Shown here: one piece after another, positions 1 through 10,200 of the stretch
How positions within the stretch are numbered: the stretch's first letter is position 1
Layout: each line of letters begins with the position of its first letter
From: a bacterium
GTDB taxonomy: Bacteria; UBA8248
NCBI GenBank assembly: GCA_963692865.2
Contig: OY843592.1
Coordinates: forward strand, 768,001-832,000
Length of the DNA stretch: 64,000 bases
Direction of reading: 5' to 3'
Position numbers and translations under genes: made by a program
Notes under the pieces: model-generated
Database searches by the model: none
Seen by the model: only the letters and a program-made list of their open reading frames with translations
What the model was told of the DNA's origin: nothing

Positions 1-142
1 GGCGCACCTCGGGCGGAATCGTGAGGGGCAGGTTCGCCGTGGGGTCGCTGGGCGCGAGGTCCAAGAGCAGGAATATGACGAGGCTGATGAAGAGCAGCGT
101 GGGAACGGCGAAGAGCAGCCGCCTGATCGTGTAGGTTCCCAT
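1..142 (-). CDS. ABC peptide/nickel transporter permease (DppB/OppB-like), 5' part only; runs off the window
   Basis: Translated by hand from ATG at 142: MGTYTIRRLLFAVPTLLFISLVIFLLLDLAPSDP, the typical DppB N-terminus. It lies directly downstream of an SBP_bac_5 gene. Confidence 0.85.
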   Translation of the reverse strand, partial: MGTYTIRRLLFAVPTLLFISLVIFLLLDLAPSDPTANLPLTIPPEVR

Positions 143-186
143 CGCCCGTATGCCTCGCTCGCCTGGGCCTTAAGCGGCGCGCGGGC

Positions 187-1884
187 CTATTTGACGCGGC
201 GCCAGTCGGCGATGTTCCAAAGCTCCGAATCCCAGGTGTTCAGAACCACGCCGCCCAGCGATTTCGCGTGGGCCGATACGCGCCCCCGGTCGACCAGCGG
301 GATGAGCACGTAGGCCTGCACCACCATGTCGTTCATGGCCTTGGCGAGGCGGGCCCGTTCTTTCAGCGCGCCGGCGCGCGCCATTTTGGCGATGAGCGCG
401 TCGTAGGCGGGGTCGCAGAAGCGCGGCACGTTGTTGCCCTGCCACTGCGTTTCGGGACGCGGCGCTTCCTTGCACGCCCAGTTCGCCATGTAGGATTCCG
501 GGTCCGTGCCGTCGAAGTTGTTGGCGTACATCTGCACGTCGGCCTGGAATTTCTGGAACGTGTCGCCGCTCGCCGGGTCGCCGCCGAAGAACACCGAGGC
601 GCTGATGTTGCGAAGCTCGGTCTCCACCCCGATCTTCGACCACCATTGTTTTATCAGCGCCTGGAAATCCTGGCGCACGGCGTTGGTGGAGGTCTGGTAG
701 AGGATCGAGAGCTTGACCCCGTTCTTCATGCGCACGCCGTCCGGCCCGCGCTTCCAGCCCGCCGCATCAAGCAGCCTGTTCGCGCCGGGGATGTCCTGCT
801 TGAGGCACGTATCGTTCGCCGTGGACTTGTAGACGGCGGGGGCGGGGAGGACGTTGCAGGTCGGCCTGCCCGCCGGGCCGTAGCCGATCTCGACGAGCAG
901 CTTGCGGTCTATCGCCATCGAGAGCGCCTTGCGCACGCGGACGTCCGAGAGGAACGGGTGGGGGTGTTTGGCGGTGGAGCGCTCCTTGCCGAGTCCGGGA
1001 GCCGGGTTCGTCAGGTTCACGACGATGCGCTCGACGAGCGTGCCGAACGAGGAGATGACCACTCCCTTGCCCGCCTTTTTCATGTTCGCGAGCACGTCGG
1101 GTGCGAGTTGCAGGTTCCAGGCGTAGTCGAACTCGCCGGTCTCCAGGACCGCGCGGGCCGCCGCCGCCGCGTCGCCCCCTCCCTTGAAGGTCACCCGGGC
1201 GAAGGCCGGCTTGGCCGGCTCGCGGTAGTTGGGATTGGCGACGAAGGAGATGACGTCGTTCGGGCGGAACGCGGCCACGGAGAAGGGGCCCGTTCCGATG
1301 GGCTTGAAGTTGGCGTCGGTGCAGCGCGGCGCCTTGGCGCCCAGGCAATCGGAGAACTGCGCCGCCTGGATGATCGGCGCCTGCGCGCCGACGAACGGCC
1401 CGTAGGGAAAGGGTTTCGCGACGCCGAAGGTCACGCGCACCGTTCGCGCGTCCAGGGCCTCCACGTTCTTCACGTCGTTGTATTTCTCGCTCTGGGAGCA
1501 GCCCCCCCGGGGATGGGTGCAGTATTTCCAGGTGAACACCGCGTCGCGCGCCGTGAGGGGCGTTCCGTCCGCCCACTTGAGGCCGCTCCTGAGCTTCCAG
1601 GTGATGGCGCGCAAATCCTTCGAGACGCCGCCGTTTTCCAGCGTGGGGACCCGCTCGGCGAGCCAGGGCGTCATGTTCCCGTTCTGGTCGTAGCGCGCGA
1701 GGGGCTCCAGAACCAGCGACGCGGCCTCAACCTCCTTGGTGCCGCCCGAGAGGTACGGGTTCATGGTGGAGGGCGCCTGCCAGTAGATGATGCGCAGATG
1801 CCCGTCGGCCCCGCGCGCGGCATGGGCGGCCTGCGCGGTGAGGAAAACACCAAGGGCGGCGATGAGAGCCAGTGCGGTTTTCAC
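187..1884 (-). CDS. ABC peptide/nickel transporter substrate-binding protein (SBP family 5)
   Basis: Signal peptide (GTG start VKTALALIAALG...AHA). Family 5 motifs PWLAERVPT, KWADGTPLTARD, IGTGPF and VRKALSMAIDR. Confidence 0.9.
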   Translation of the reverse strand: MKTALALIAALGVFLTAQAAHAARGADGHLRIIYWQAPSTMNPYLSGGTKEVEAASLVLEPLARYDQNGNMTPWLAERVPTLENGGVSKDLRAITWKLRSGLKWADGTPLTARDAVFTWKYCTHPRGGCSQSEKYNDVKNVEALDARTVRVTFGVAKPFPYGPFVGAQAPIIQAAQFSDCLGAKAPRCTDANFKPIGTGPFSVAAFRPNDVISFVANPNYREPAKPAFARVTFKGGGDAAAAARAVLETGEFDYAWNLQLAPDVLANMKKAGKGVVISSFGTLVERIVVNLTNPAPGLGKERSTAKHPHPFLSDVRVRKALSMAIDRKLLVEIGYGPAGRPTCNVLPAPAVYKSTANDTCLKQDIPGANRLLDAAGWKRGPDGVRMKNGVKLSILYQTSTNAVRQDFQALIKQWWSKIGVETELRNISASVFFGGDPASGDTFQKFQADVQMYANNFDGTDPESYMANWACKEAPRPETQWQGNNVPRFCDPAYDALIAKMARAGALKERARLAKAMNDMVVQAYVLIPLVDRGRVSAHAKSLGGVVLNTWDSELWNIADWRRVK

Positions 1885-2118
1885 GCTTTTGTCCTCGCGT
1901 TTTTGGGTAGTTGACGGGTTCGCGGCGCGAGTGCGCCCAAGCGGGAAATATCCTAGAAGGCGGGGCGGGGAATTGCAACAGGAAAATAAAGGGGTGAGAA
2001 GCCTTGGTAGAGGTTGTATACATGCGACCCGGCTTTTTTTCGTCGGACCCGGCAAAGGAACGCATTTATGTGTCCCCTATGGGTTGATGAGCAGCGAATG
2101 ATGACGTTCTATCTAAAT

Positions 2119-2188
2119 TGCCGTCATTCCGGTGTCAGTCCCGACTGAGGAAGGAGGGGCTGCGGAATCCATTTTCAAGTGGAATGAC
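2119..2188. repeat. Degenerate left arm of the GTCATTCCGG...GGAATCCA (dRS3/RPE-like) palindromic element
   Basis: TGCCGTCATTCCGG at 2119-2132 is identical to 60118-60131. GGAATCCA at 2164-2171 and GGAATGAC at 2181-2188. Confidence 0.55.
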
Positions 2189-2249
2189 AATACTCCGGCT
2201 TTTCATCTCCCCGTCCAATGGCAAACTCAATCCGATGGGCGGTGACAAA

Positions 2250-2732
2250 TCAAGGCAACGAAAGATTCTTCCGCACACTTGAAATACCGCTTTGGCTGAG
2301 TTGCCGGGCTTGACGGGAATTCTTTAGAATATTGACACCAGAACTGGCAATCCACACGAAACGAAAGTCGTCTTTGGCGAAAATTGTCATTTTCTTGAGT
2401 TGCTCGGCTTCGCTATTCAGCCAGTCCCGCAACCACTGCAGTTTGTTGACAACCCCAGAAACTTCCCTTGTCGTCGCCGAGTGCACTTCTACCCAAACTG
2501 CGCATTCCCGTCCGTTTTCCGGTTTATAGCCGAGACCGTAATCCCAGCGCGGTTTATCGGCGTAACCCGGCTCTTGCGCCAAGGCCGAGTCCAGAAAGAT
2601 GCTCCCGGTCAGCCGTCGTGAATCGGCGCATGTCACGAGTCTGCGATGCCTGTTCTCCAATGCCTGTTTTCCTTGACAATACGCGCGATTCACCGGGGAC
2701 GGCGCGGCCTCGACCGCCTTCTTGAAGGTCAT
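2250..2732 (-). CDS. Hypothetical protein, putative PD-(D/E)XK-like nuclease, partner of the upstream ATPase
   Basis: 160 aa ORF whose start overlaps the ATPase stop (ATGA). Motif RWDY...AVWVEVH...EV...KL.W resembles the restriction-endonuclease fold D...(E)xK with H in place of K. Lower GC than the flanks. Confidence 0.6.
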   Translation of the reverse strand: MTFKKAVEAAPSPVNRAYCQGKQALENRHRRLVTCADSRRLTGSIFLDSALAQEPGYADKPRWDYGLGYKPENGRECAVWVEVHSATTREVSGVVNKLQWLRDWLNSEAEQLKKMTIFAKDDFRFVWIASSGVNILKNSRQARQLSQSGISSVRKNLSLP

Positions 2733-3913
2733 GACGCATCGGTCGGCAGGCGGTTAACGACTTCAGCGACAATATCCCCTACATTGCCGGAGAATTCGGT
2801 GAGGCCGCCCCAGCCTCCTTCCGCGATATCATCCGAGCCGGGGTCGAGGTCGGATATGTCATGAACAACGCCGTCCCGTTTGAAATAGTATGTTCTGAAT
2901 TCGCTCTTTAGAGCAGTATCAGCCAATTCCTTCGTTTTGTTATTGCGGGCAAGACCGAGAAGCTTCAGGACATCTCCGATTTCTCCGCCGTTTTCCTGAA
3001 AGAAGCGCAGCGCCCATACGACGTCGAGGACATGGGGCGAGTGCGTGGAGATGCAAACGCGGTATCCGCGCAACTGCAATTCCATGATGAGATTTAGTAC
3101 CGCTCCGATTCCGTTCGGATGCAGTCCCATTTCCGGTTCTTCGATTACGACCCATTCTATATCGTTGCGGGTCGGTACTTTGGACGGCGGTAGAAGCCAG
3201 TACAGCCCGAGCAACAGCGGCACGAATTCACGTTGCCCGGCCGACCATACGAGATAAGGCAAAGAGTTACCGGAACTCTGATTCAGAACCAGACGCCCCT
3301 GGTGACCCGACGTATCCGTGCGCAGCCCGAAATCTCCAAAAATATGTTTTTCCAAAGGCTTCCGCAGGGTCGCCGCCAAACGTTGCGAACGTGGGAAGAT
3401 ATTTTGATCGAGACCGATTTCATTTTGTACGATGTTGTGGAGCTTTTCACTGAAATCCCGAAGAACGAAGGGATCTCCAGCCCGGTAATCATTAAACGGT
3501 CGGGTCATTCCGTCTCGCAGGCTCATGACTCGTTGAGCGGGTATATAAAACAATTTTTCCGAAGCTTTGGATCGACTACGGCGTGTGTAGCCCATTAGAT
3601 CGGTAGGCTTGAGATCAGAAGGCTTGCTTTTCTGGCCCAAGAACAATCTGCTGTTCTCTTCCGACCAGATCGACGCCATCCCTTCACCGAAATACAGATC
3701 GAAAAAGGTTTTCGAATCGCTACTCTGCGCCAAACTAAAGTGCTTCATGGTCTTGTGTATTGCAGATTTGTCTACAAGCAGTTTCAGGAGTTGCAAGAAG
3801 ATACTTTTTCCGGTCGCCTGCGGGCCTACGAATATTGTTATGTCACCAAAGCGGATGTCCGCTTCTTTGACCGGCCCGATATTGGAAGCTCTTATTCGCT
3901 CGACCATACCCAA
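2729..3913 (-). CDS. ABC-type (AAA_15/AAA_21, AbiEii/OLD-like) ATPase
   Basis: N-terminal NIGPV, Walker A GPQATGKS, YIPAQR, signature WSAGQ, Walker B/D-loop IEEPEMGLHP, H-loop STHSP. No membrane partner. The start could be ATG 3907. Confidence 0.9.
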   Translation of the reverse strand: MGMVERIRASNIGPVKEADIRFGDITIFVGPQATGKSIFLQLLKLLVDKSAIHKTMKHFSLAQSSDSKTFFDLYFGEGMASIWSEENSRLFLGQKSKPSDLKPTDLMGYTRRSRSKASEKLFYIPAQRVMSLRDGMTRPFNDYRAGDPFVLRDFSEKLHNIVQNEIGLDQNIFPRSQRLAATLRKPLEKHIFGDFGLRTDTSGHQGRLVLNQSSGNSLPYLVWSAGQREFVPLLLGLYWLLPPSKVPTRNDIEWVVIEEPEMGLHPNGIGAVLNLIMELQLRGYRVCISTHSPHVLDVVWALRFFQENGGEIGDVLKLLGLARNNKTKELADTALKSEFRTYYFKRDGVVHDISDLDPGSDDIAEGGWGGLTEFSGNVGDIVAEVVNRLPTDAS

Positions 3914-4068
3914 ACTGCCTTCGAGTTAAGAGTTTTTGCTCATCATGAGCACCACTGTTTTGATGCTATTGTGTCAAAAAACCTGGCGTTCCACCAACCT
4001 TGCTAAATCTTGAAAGCGATATCCCGGTTCAAGCTCGGAATACAGAATCGATGTGTCTCTGATCCACA

Positions 4069-4234
4069 TGGATTCCGGCTTTCGCCGGAATGACGGGAAA
4101 AAACCGTAAGCCCTTTTGCATTGACTGGCACAATCCCTCTGCCAGAAAAACAGGGGCGACCCCCGTTGGAGGCCGCCCCTACAAATGTTCGTTGTTTTGC
4201 TGCGAAGAGGCCGTTCTTGTGAACGGCCCCTACA
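4069..4234. repeat. Repeat cluster: TGGATTCCGGCTTTCGCCGGAATGAC arm plus GTAG/CTAC-type REP palindromes
   Basis: 4069-4094 matches 60227-60252 and 61986-62011. GGCCGTTCTTGTGAACGGC(CCCTAC) at 4209 matches 60279 and 62038. Confidence 0.8.
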
Positions 4235-4242
4235 GAGTTATC

Positions 4243-7200
4243 CTACCAGCGCAGGGAGCCGCGCAGCGCCACGCCGTGGACGGGGTCGTCGTCCTGGCGT
4301 TCGCGCACGCCGCCCTCGACGCTCATGCTGAGGCGTTCGCCCACCCTGAAGCGGCCGCCCAGGCGGTAGGCGCCGCCGTCCTCAGAGGCCGAAAGCCCCG
4401 CGTAAGGCGTGAGCAGACCGCCCCAGGCGGCGAGCCCGTAGCCCACCTCCGCGCGGACGCGGGGGTCCGTGTCCCCGGCCTCCTCGCGCGCCAGGCGCGA
4501 GGCGTCCTCGACGCCCCACAGCCGCCCGGCGCCGCCCGCCGTCTCGCCCACGGCGGGCTCCACGGTGAGGGCGAGCCCCCGGCCCGCCTCGCCCGGGTCG
4601 ATGCGGATCATGCCGCCCGCGCCCCAGTCCGCCGCGTCTTCCCCTTCATGCGTTATCAGCCCGCGCGCCCTGAGCTCCAGCGTGAGGCCCCAGGCGGGGT
4701 TCGCGAAGTGGAGACTTCCCCCCACCTCCACGCCGACGCCCTCGTCCGCGTCGCCCCCGTCGTGGCGGAGGCCCGCCTCCACCGAGGGCGTGAACGCGCC
4801 GCCATTCTCCATCGCCACCTCGCGCGAGGCCTCCAGCATCAACCGAAGCCGCGTCGCCTCCGCCGAGACCGCCGCGAGGCCGCCGGCCGCGTCCGCGTCC
4901 GTCTGCGCGAGTAGGGCGTCGGACTTGAGCGCCAGATCGAACCCGCCCACCTTGGCCAATTCGCCCCGGACCCCGAACGCGCCCATGCGCGTCTCGAGAT
5001 CCGTCTCGATCTTCCGTCCCTTCTCCTCCAGCGTCATCTCGCCCCGGCCCATGCCGAGGACGCCCCATACCGATATCCGCTCGTTCAGCGCGAAGCGCAG
5101 GTAGGGGTGCGCGCTCACGAGCTTCGCCTCCACCCCGCTGCGTCCCGCGCTCCCGAAGCCGCCCTTGCCCCTGGCGTGGGAGAGCGCCACGCCCAGGAGG
5201 ACGCCGTCCTTCTCGTAGTCCATCCCCAGCATGGCCGTCGTCACGTCGCCTTGGGCGCCGCCGCCCTCGAACGAGGTTTGCGCGCCGCGTCCCCACATCG
5301 ACCAGCGTCCGCCCGGGACGGCCTCGGCCTCCTTCGCCGAGGCCAGGTGGAACGAGCCGCCACGGAGGAGTTCGCTCACCGTCGTCTCGCGGTATCCAGG
5401 TCCGCCGGCGGTTCCCCGCCGCGCGAGGCCGCCGGAAGCCCCGCCTTGTTTCGCCAGGAGACGCTCTATATCCTCGTTCAGGTCCACGCCATGCCCGCCG
5501 ATAGTCATCTTCGCCCCCTCGGGCGCGGGGGCGTTCATGCGGCCGGTGATCATCTCCACCGCCCCGCTCCCCGCCGCCCGGCCGAAGCGCGCCAGCCAGC
5601 CGGTGGGCGGCGCCGCGGGCGCGGCAGGCGTCGCGGCGGCGGATTCGGGCGAGGCCGCGCCCGCGCCCACCGCGTTCACCGCGCGCACCTTGAAGCGGTA
5701 GGCCACGCCGTTCGTCAGGCCCGTGACGGTGTGGCTCCTCGTGGACGCCCCGCTGTCCGGGACGTCTCTCCAGATCGTCTCGAAGGGTTTGCCGCCCTCC
5801 TTCCTGACGTACTGCCACTTCGTGATCGCAGAACCGCCGTCGCCGCCCGGGGTCCACGACAGCGCGACGCGCGCGTCGCCCGCCGCCACTCCCGGCATCG
5901 AGGGCGCGAGGGGCGCCGTGGTCGTCGGACCTGCCTCCGGCGCACCCCCCGCCTCGTTCGACCACGCCCCGTCGCCGGTTGCGTTCACGGCCGCCACCCG
6001 CAACGTGTATTCCGTCGCGTTCGTCAGGCCGGTAATCGTGTGCTCCGCGCCCGTGGCGCCCGCCTGGCGGCTCGTCGCGTCCCAGCTCTCGTTCCCCGAC
6101 TTCCACTGCACCTTGTAGCTCGTCGCGCTCCGGACGTCCGTCCACGACACCCTGAGTTGCTCGTTGAGGGCGGCGACGATCACGACGCCGGTCGTCTTGC
6201 CCGGCTTCGTGAGGAACGGTGGCGCGCTCGCAAGTTCCACGAGGCAGTCCTTGTCGCCGTAGGCCTTGAAGGCGTAGTCCGTCCCCGGCGTCAGGTTCAC
6301 AAGGCTCGCCGTCAAGGTTCCGATGTCGATCTTCGAGGAACAGGCCCCGCCCGCCGGCGAGACGTATCGGTACCACCAGTCGCCCGCGTGGTTGGCGATG
6401 GTGAGCGTCGCCGTCGCCGCCTCGATTGAATTTGCGGTCAGGGTCGATGCCACCGGCATCACGGAGGCCGACTCGTCCGATTCCTCGCCGTCGCCCGAGG
6501 CGTTCACGGCGCGCACCTTGAAGACGTAGTCCGTCCCGTCCGTGAGGCCGGAGACGACATGGTTCAGCGTCCGCGACGTGGCGTCGACGCCGGTCCAATC
6601 CGGGTCGAAGTTTCCGTTCTCGGGCTTCTTCTTGTACTCCCACCTCCTCAGGTCGGCGTTGCCCGTCACCGAGGAGGCGAGGGTGAGCTTGCCGTTGCCC
6701 GCGCCCGGCATCGCCGTCGGTTTGGCCGGCTTCGGCGGGAGGGTCGGGAACGCCACAGCCGTAGCCACCGCTGTCGCGCAACTGTCGCTGTAGGCCGTGA
6801 AGGTGTAGCTGGTGTTCGCCGCCAGGTTCGTCACGCTCGCCGTCGTCCCGGTCTGCTCGGTGGAGCAGGTCCCGGAGGCGTGCTTGTAGTGCCAATTGCC
6901 CGGATAGTTGCCGATGGTGAGGGTCGCCCCGTTCTTCGTGACGTTCGAGACCGTCAGCGTCTCGTCCGCCGGCGCCGCCGCAACCGACTCGTCGGACTCC
7001 TCGCCGTCGCCCGAGGCGTTCACGGCGCGCACCTTGAAGACGTAGTCCGTCCCGTCCGTGAGGCCGGAGACGACGTGGTTCAGCGTCCGCGATGTGGCGG
7101 CGACGCCGGTCCAGTCCTGATCGAAGTTGCCGCCCGCCTCTTTCTTCTTGTACTCCCATCTGCTCAGGTCGGCGTTGCCCGTCACCGAGGAGGCGAGGAT

Positions 7201-10200
7201 GAGCTTGCCGCTGCCCGCACCCGACGCCGCCGTCGGCGTAGCCGGCTTCGGCGGGAGGGTCGTGAACGCCGCCGCCGTCGCCACCGCTGTCGCGCAACTG
7301 TCGCTGTAGGCCGTGAAGGCGTAGGAGGTGTTCGCCGCCAGGTTCGTCACGCTCGCCGCCTTCCCGGTCTGCTCAACGGAGCAGGTCCCGGAGGCGTGCT
7401 TGTACCACCAGCCGCCCAGGTGGTTGCCGATGGTGAGCGTGGCCCCGTTCTTCGTTATGCCCGAGACCGTCAGCGTCTCGTCCGACGGCGTCACCCCATC
7501 CGACTCCGGCGAGGCCGCGCCGTCGCCTTTCGCGTTTACGGCGCGCACCTTGAACTTGTAGGCCGTCCCGTTGGTCAGGCCGCTTACCGTCGCCGTGATC
7601 GGGCCGGTCCCGCTCGTGGTCAGGCCCTTCCAGGTCGCCTCGAAGGGGTTGTTCCCCTCTTTCTTCACGTACTGCCACTTCGTGATTGCCGATCCGCCGT
7701 CGCCGCCCGAGGTCCACGACAGCGCGACGCTCTGGCTCCCGGCGGTCACCCCCGGTTTGCCCGGCGCGGGCGGCGTCGTGGCCGGCGTTATCAAACCGGA
7801 CTCGGGCGAGGCCGCGCCGTCGCCAATCGCGTTTACGGCGCGCACCTTGAACTTGTAGGCCGTCCCGTTGGTCAGGCCGCTCACCGTCGCCGCGATCGGA
7901 TTCGTCCCGTTCGTGGTCAGGTCCTTCCAGGTCGTCTCGAAGGGGCTGTTCCCCTCTTTCTTCACGTACTGCCACTTCGTGATTGCCGATCCGCCGTCGC
8001 CGCCCGAGGTCCATGACAACTCGACGCTTTGGTTCCCGGAGGTCGCCCCCGGCTTGCCCGGCGCGGGCGGCGCGGTTGGCGCCTTCGTCGTGAAGTTTGC
8101 GGTTGCGCCTGGGATGAGCTCCGAGGAGTTGCAACTCGGACTGCTGTAGGCGATGAATCTGTATGACGTGCTCGGCTTCAGAGTGGTTAGCGTCGCCGTC
8201 GTCGCCGGAGAAACGACCTTGACGCAGAGTGGGTTTGTTGTTGTCGGCAAATCTTGGCTATACCACCAATCCCCCGGCTGGCCCGAGATCGTCAGCGTCG
8301 CGCTCGTTATGTTCACGGCGCCGGACGTCAACGACCGCGTCGCCGCCGGCGTCCCCTCATTCGACTCGGGCGAGGCCGCGCCGTCGCCTTTCGCGTTCAC
8401 GGCGCGGATCTTGAACTTGTATTTCGTCCCGTTGGTCAGGCCGCTCACCGTCGCCGTAATCGGGCCGGTCCCCTGGACGGTCAGGTCCTTCCAGGTCGTC
8501 TCGAAGGGGCTGCTCCCCTCTTTCTTCACGTACTGCCACTTGGTGATCGCCGAGCCGCCGTCGCCGCCCGAAGTCCACGACAACGCTGCGCTTTGGTTCT
8601 CGGCGGTCATCCCCGGTTTCGTCGGCGCAGGCGGCGTCGTCGCCGGCGTTATCGAATCAGACTCAGGCGAGGCCGCGCCGTTTCCAATCGCGTTCACGGC
8701 GCGCACCTTGAACTTGTAGGCCGTCCCGTTGGTCAGGCCGGAGACGGTGTAGCCGATCTTGCTCGGGCAGTTCGAATCGTTCGTGGTCGTGCAGATGTCG
8801 GTCCAGCTGCCGTAATTGTCCGTCGATTCGGCGTATTGCCACTTGGTGATCGCCGAGCCGCCGTCGCCGCTCGAAGCCCACGACAGCGCGGCACTTGCGG
8901 CGCCCGCCGTCACCCCCGGTTTCGTCGGCGCGGGAGGCGCGGAAACCGCCGCCGTCGTGAAGGCCTCATCCGCGCCTTCGATTGTGAGCGTGGTCGGGCA
9001 ACCCGAAGCGCTGTACCCGGAGTATTCGTACGTCGTGCTCGGCGTGAGATTGGTGAGGTTCATCGTCGTCCCCGACGCCTTCGTGCAGGGACCCTCGGGC
9101 GTCGGTTTCTTCTTTATGTACCACCAATCCCCCGTATGGCCCGTGAGCGTCAGCGTCGCCGACTTCGCCTTGACGTTGGTCGCGGTCAGCTTCGCCGCCG
9201 CCGGCGTCACCACGTCCGACGCGGGCGAGGCCGCGCCGTTGCCCACCGCGTTCACGGCGCGCACCTTGAAGATGTAGGGCGTCCCGTTGGTCAGGCCGCT
9301 CACCGTCGCCGTGATCGGGTTGGTCCCGCTCGTGGTCAGGTCCTTCCAGGTGATGAAATTGTCCGCCGATATGGCGTATTGCCACTTGGTGATCGCCGAG
9401 CCGCCGTCGCCGCCCGAAGTCCACGACAGCGTCACGCTCTGGTCATCGTAGTCCACCCCCGGCTTCGACGGCGCGGGGGGCGCGGTCGGTGTGGTGAACG
9501 CCGCCGCGGTGGCCAGCTCGGTCACGCAGCTGTCGCTGTAGGCCGTGAAGGTGTATTCCGTCCCCGGCGTCAGGGTCGACACGTTCGCCGTCGAGTTCCC
9601 GGCGCTTACCTTCGAGGAACAGGTGCCGGAGGCGTGCTTGTACCACCACTCGTCCGTATGACCGGAGATCGTCAGCCTCGCCGTGGTCCCGGTGACCGCG
9701 TCGACGGTCAGCGCGACTATCTCCGTGGCATCGACGCTGAACAGGCCGGAGCCCATGGAGTTGTCGCTGTACCATTGGGGCGGGGTGCGCTGGTATTTGT
9801 CGTCGTTTCCGATCGACCAGCCGTTGTTCGCCGGCGTCTGCGTCTGAGCGTCGGACGTCGTATTCCTCCAGGCGTAGTGGTTGGTCCCATCCGCGCCGTC
9901 CGGCGCCGCGAACACCAGCCAATAGGTCGTGCTCCCCTTCAGGTCGCATCCCGAACCCGAGCAGGTGTAGGTATAATCCCCCCGGGTGTCGGGGGCGTTG
10001 CCGCTCAGCGTCACGACCTCCGACCCCGGGCTGCCCGCGGAATCCGTGAAGATGCCGGCTTTGAACCCTGCCGGGCTTCCCACCTTGTTCGCGAACTTGG
10101 TCGTGATGCTGTTCAGCGTGTGGCCGACGGCGGCGGGGCCGGTCGTGAAGGACGTGGCGTGTTTCCGCAAGTCGACGACTTTGATCACGTGGCCTACGAG

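Noticed and set aside
2119-4234. Integron (attC/intI) interpretation of the repeat-flanked cassettes
   Set aside because: No tyrosine recombinase is present and the palindromes lack RYYYAAC...GTTRRRY ends.
6480-8720. Near-identical blocks in the adhesin as DGR template/variable repeats
   Set aside because: All copies are in-frame domains, the differences are not adenine-specific, and there is no reverse transcriptase.
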